From positions 6,076,001 to 6,140,000 of the forward strand of contig NC_135770.1 of NCBI RefSeq assembly GCF_052425735.1: 64,000 bases of DNA, written 5' to 3'. Positions within the stretch are counted from its first letter, which is position 1, and every line of letters starts with the position of its first letter. A model generated the notes under the pieces. That model had not been told where the DNA came from. It saw only the letters and a list, made by a program, of their open reading frames with translations, and made no database searches. This DNA comes from Oculina patagonica (taxonomy: Eukaryota). Made by a program: the position numbers and the translations under genes. Shown one piece after another: positions 63,701 through 64,000 of the stretch.

Positions 63701-64000
63701 CAGCGCAATGAAAAAATGAAATCAAACATCCACCCACCTAACTAAAATTTACAATGGAATCCAAATTTTTTGAACCTCAAACGAAACCGGAAAATTGGTT
63801 CGAAAAATCAAGGTATTCAAGAAATCGGGGGTAAATGTGTAGTTTTTGATTTTGGTTCGAATTATTGGGAGGTTCGAGTAATTGACATTCCACAGCATTT
63901 CAAAATGCTCGAGGAATCACGCGCACTACAATTGGTCAGTTTTAACGCATGCTTTTTCGAGTTATAGGGCGCGCAACGATTTCTTGCACGTTTTATAAAG
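60780..64000. repeat. Diverged tandem duplication, unit about 1.9-2.1 kb (about 60790-62130 vs 62900-64000)
   Basis: Collinear blocks, e.g. CCAAGAAACAAAAGCAT, CACGGCCATACAGGCATTCTTACTGT, GGTTGTTGTACTCGAGTGCT and GCGCAACGATTTCTTGCACGTTTTATAAAG. Confidence 0.85.

Overview
AT-rich, intron-containing eukaryotic DNA. The repeat families and gene content suggest an anthozoan cnidarian, probably a stony coral (inference). It holds one intronless class A GPCR with an aminergic signature (2477-3466, +) and a minus-strand tandem cluster of five paralogous membrane-anchored ZP-module genes (G1-G5, about 5.8-55.3 kb). I rebuilt these by hand from GT-AG sites and exon phases: signal peptide, ZP-N, two ZP-C exons, an RKRRS furin site, a TM helix and a short tail. 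G2 and G3 carry two extra upstream exons encoding a three-repeat Cys/Trp-rich domain that resembles the N-terminal small lobe of the aerolysin-family toxin biomphalysin, in phase with the ZP module. A roughly 10.6 kb tandem duplication makes G3 a G2/G4 chimera. Intergenic and intronic DNA contains tRNA-derived SINEs (some nested), many MITEs, a Penelope-like GIY-YIG remnant with a minimal hammerhead ribozyme, a LINE 3' end, two 28S rRNA fragments, an inverted pair of 5S rRNA fragments, microsatellites and two assembly gaps. Gene models are manual predictions with no transcript support.
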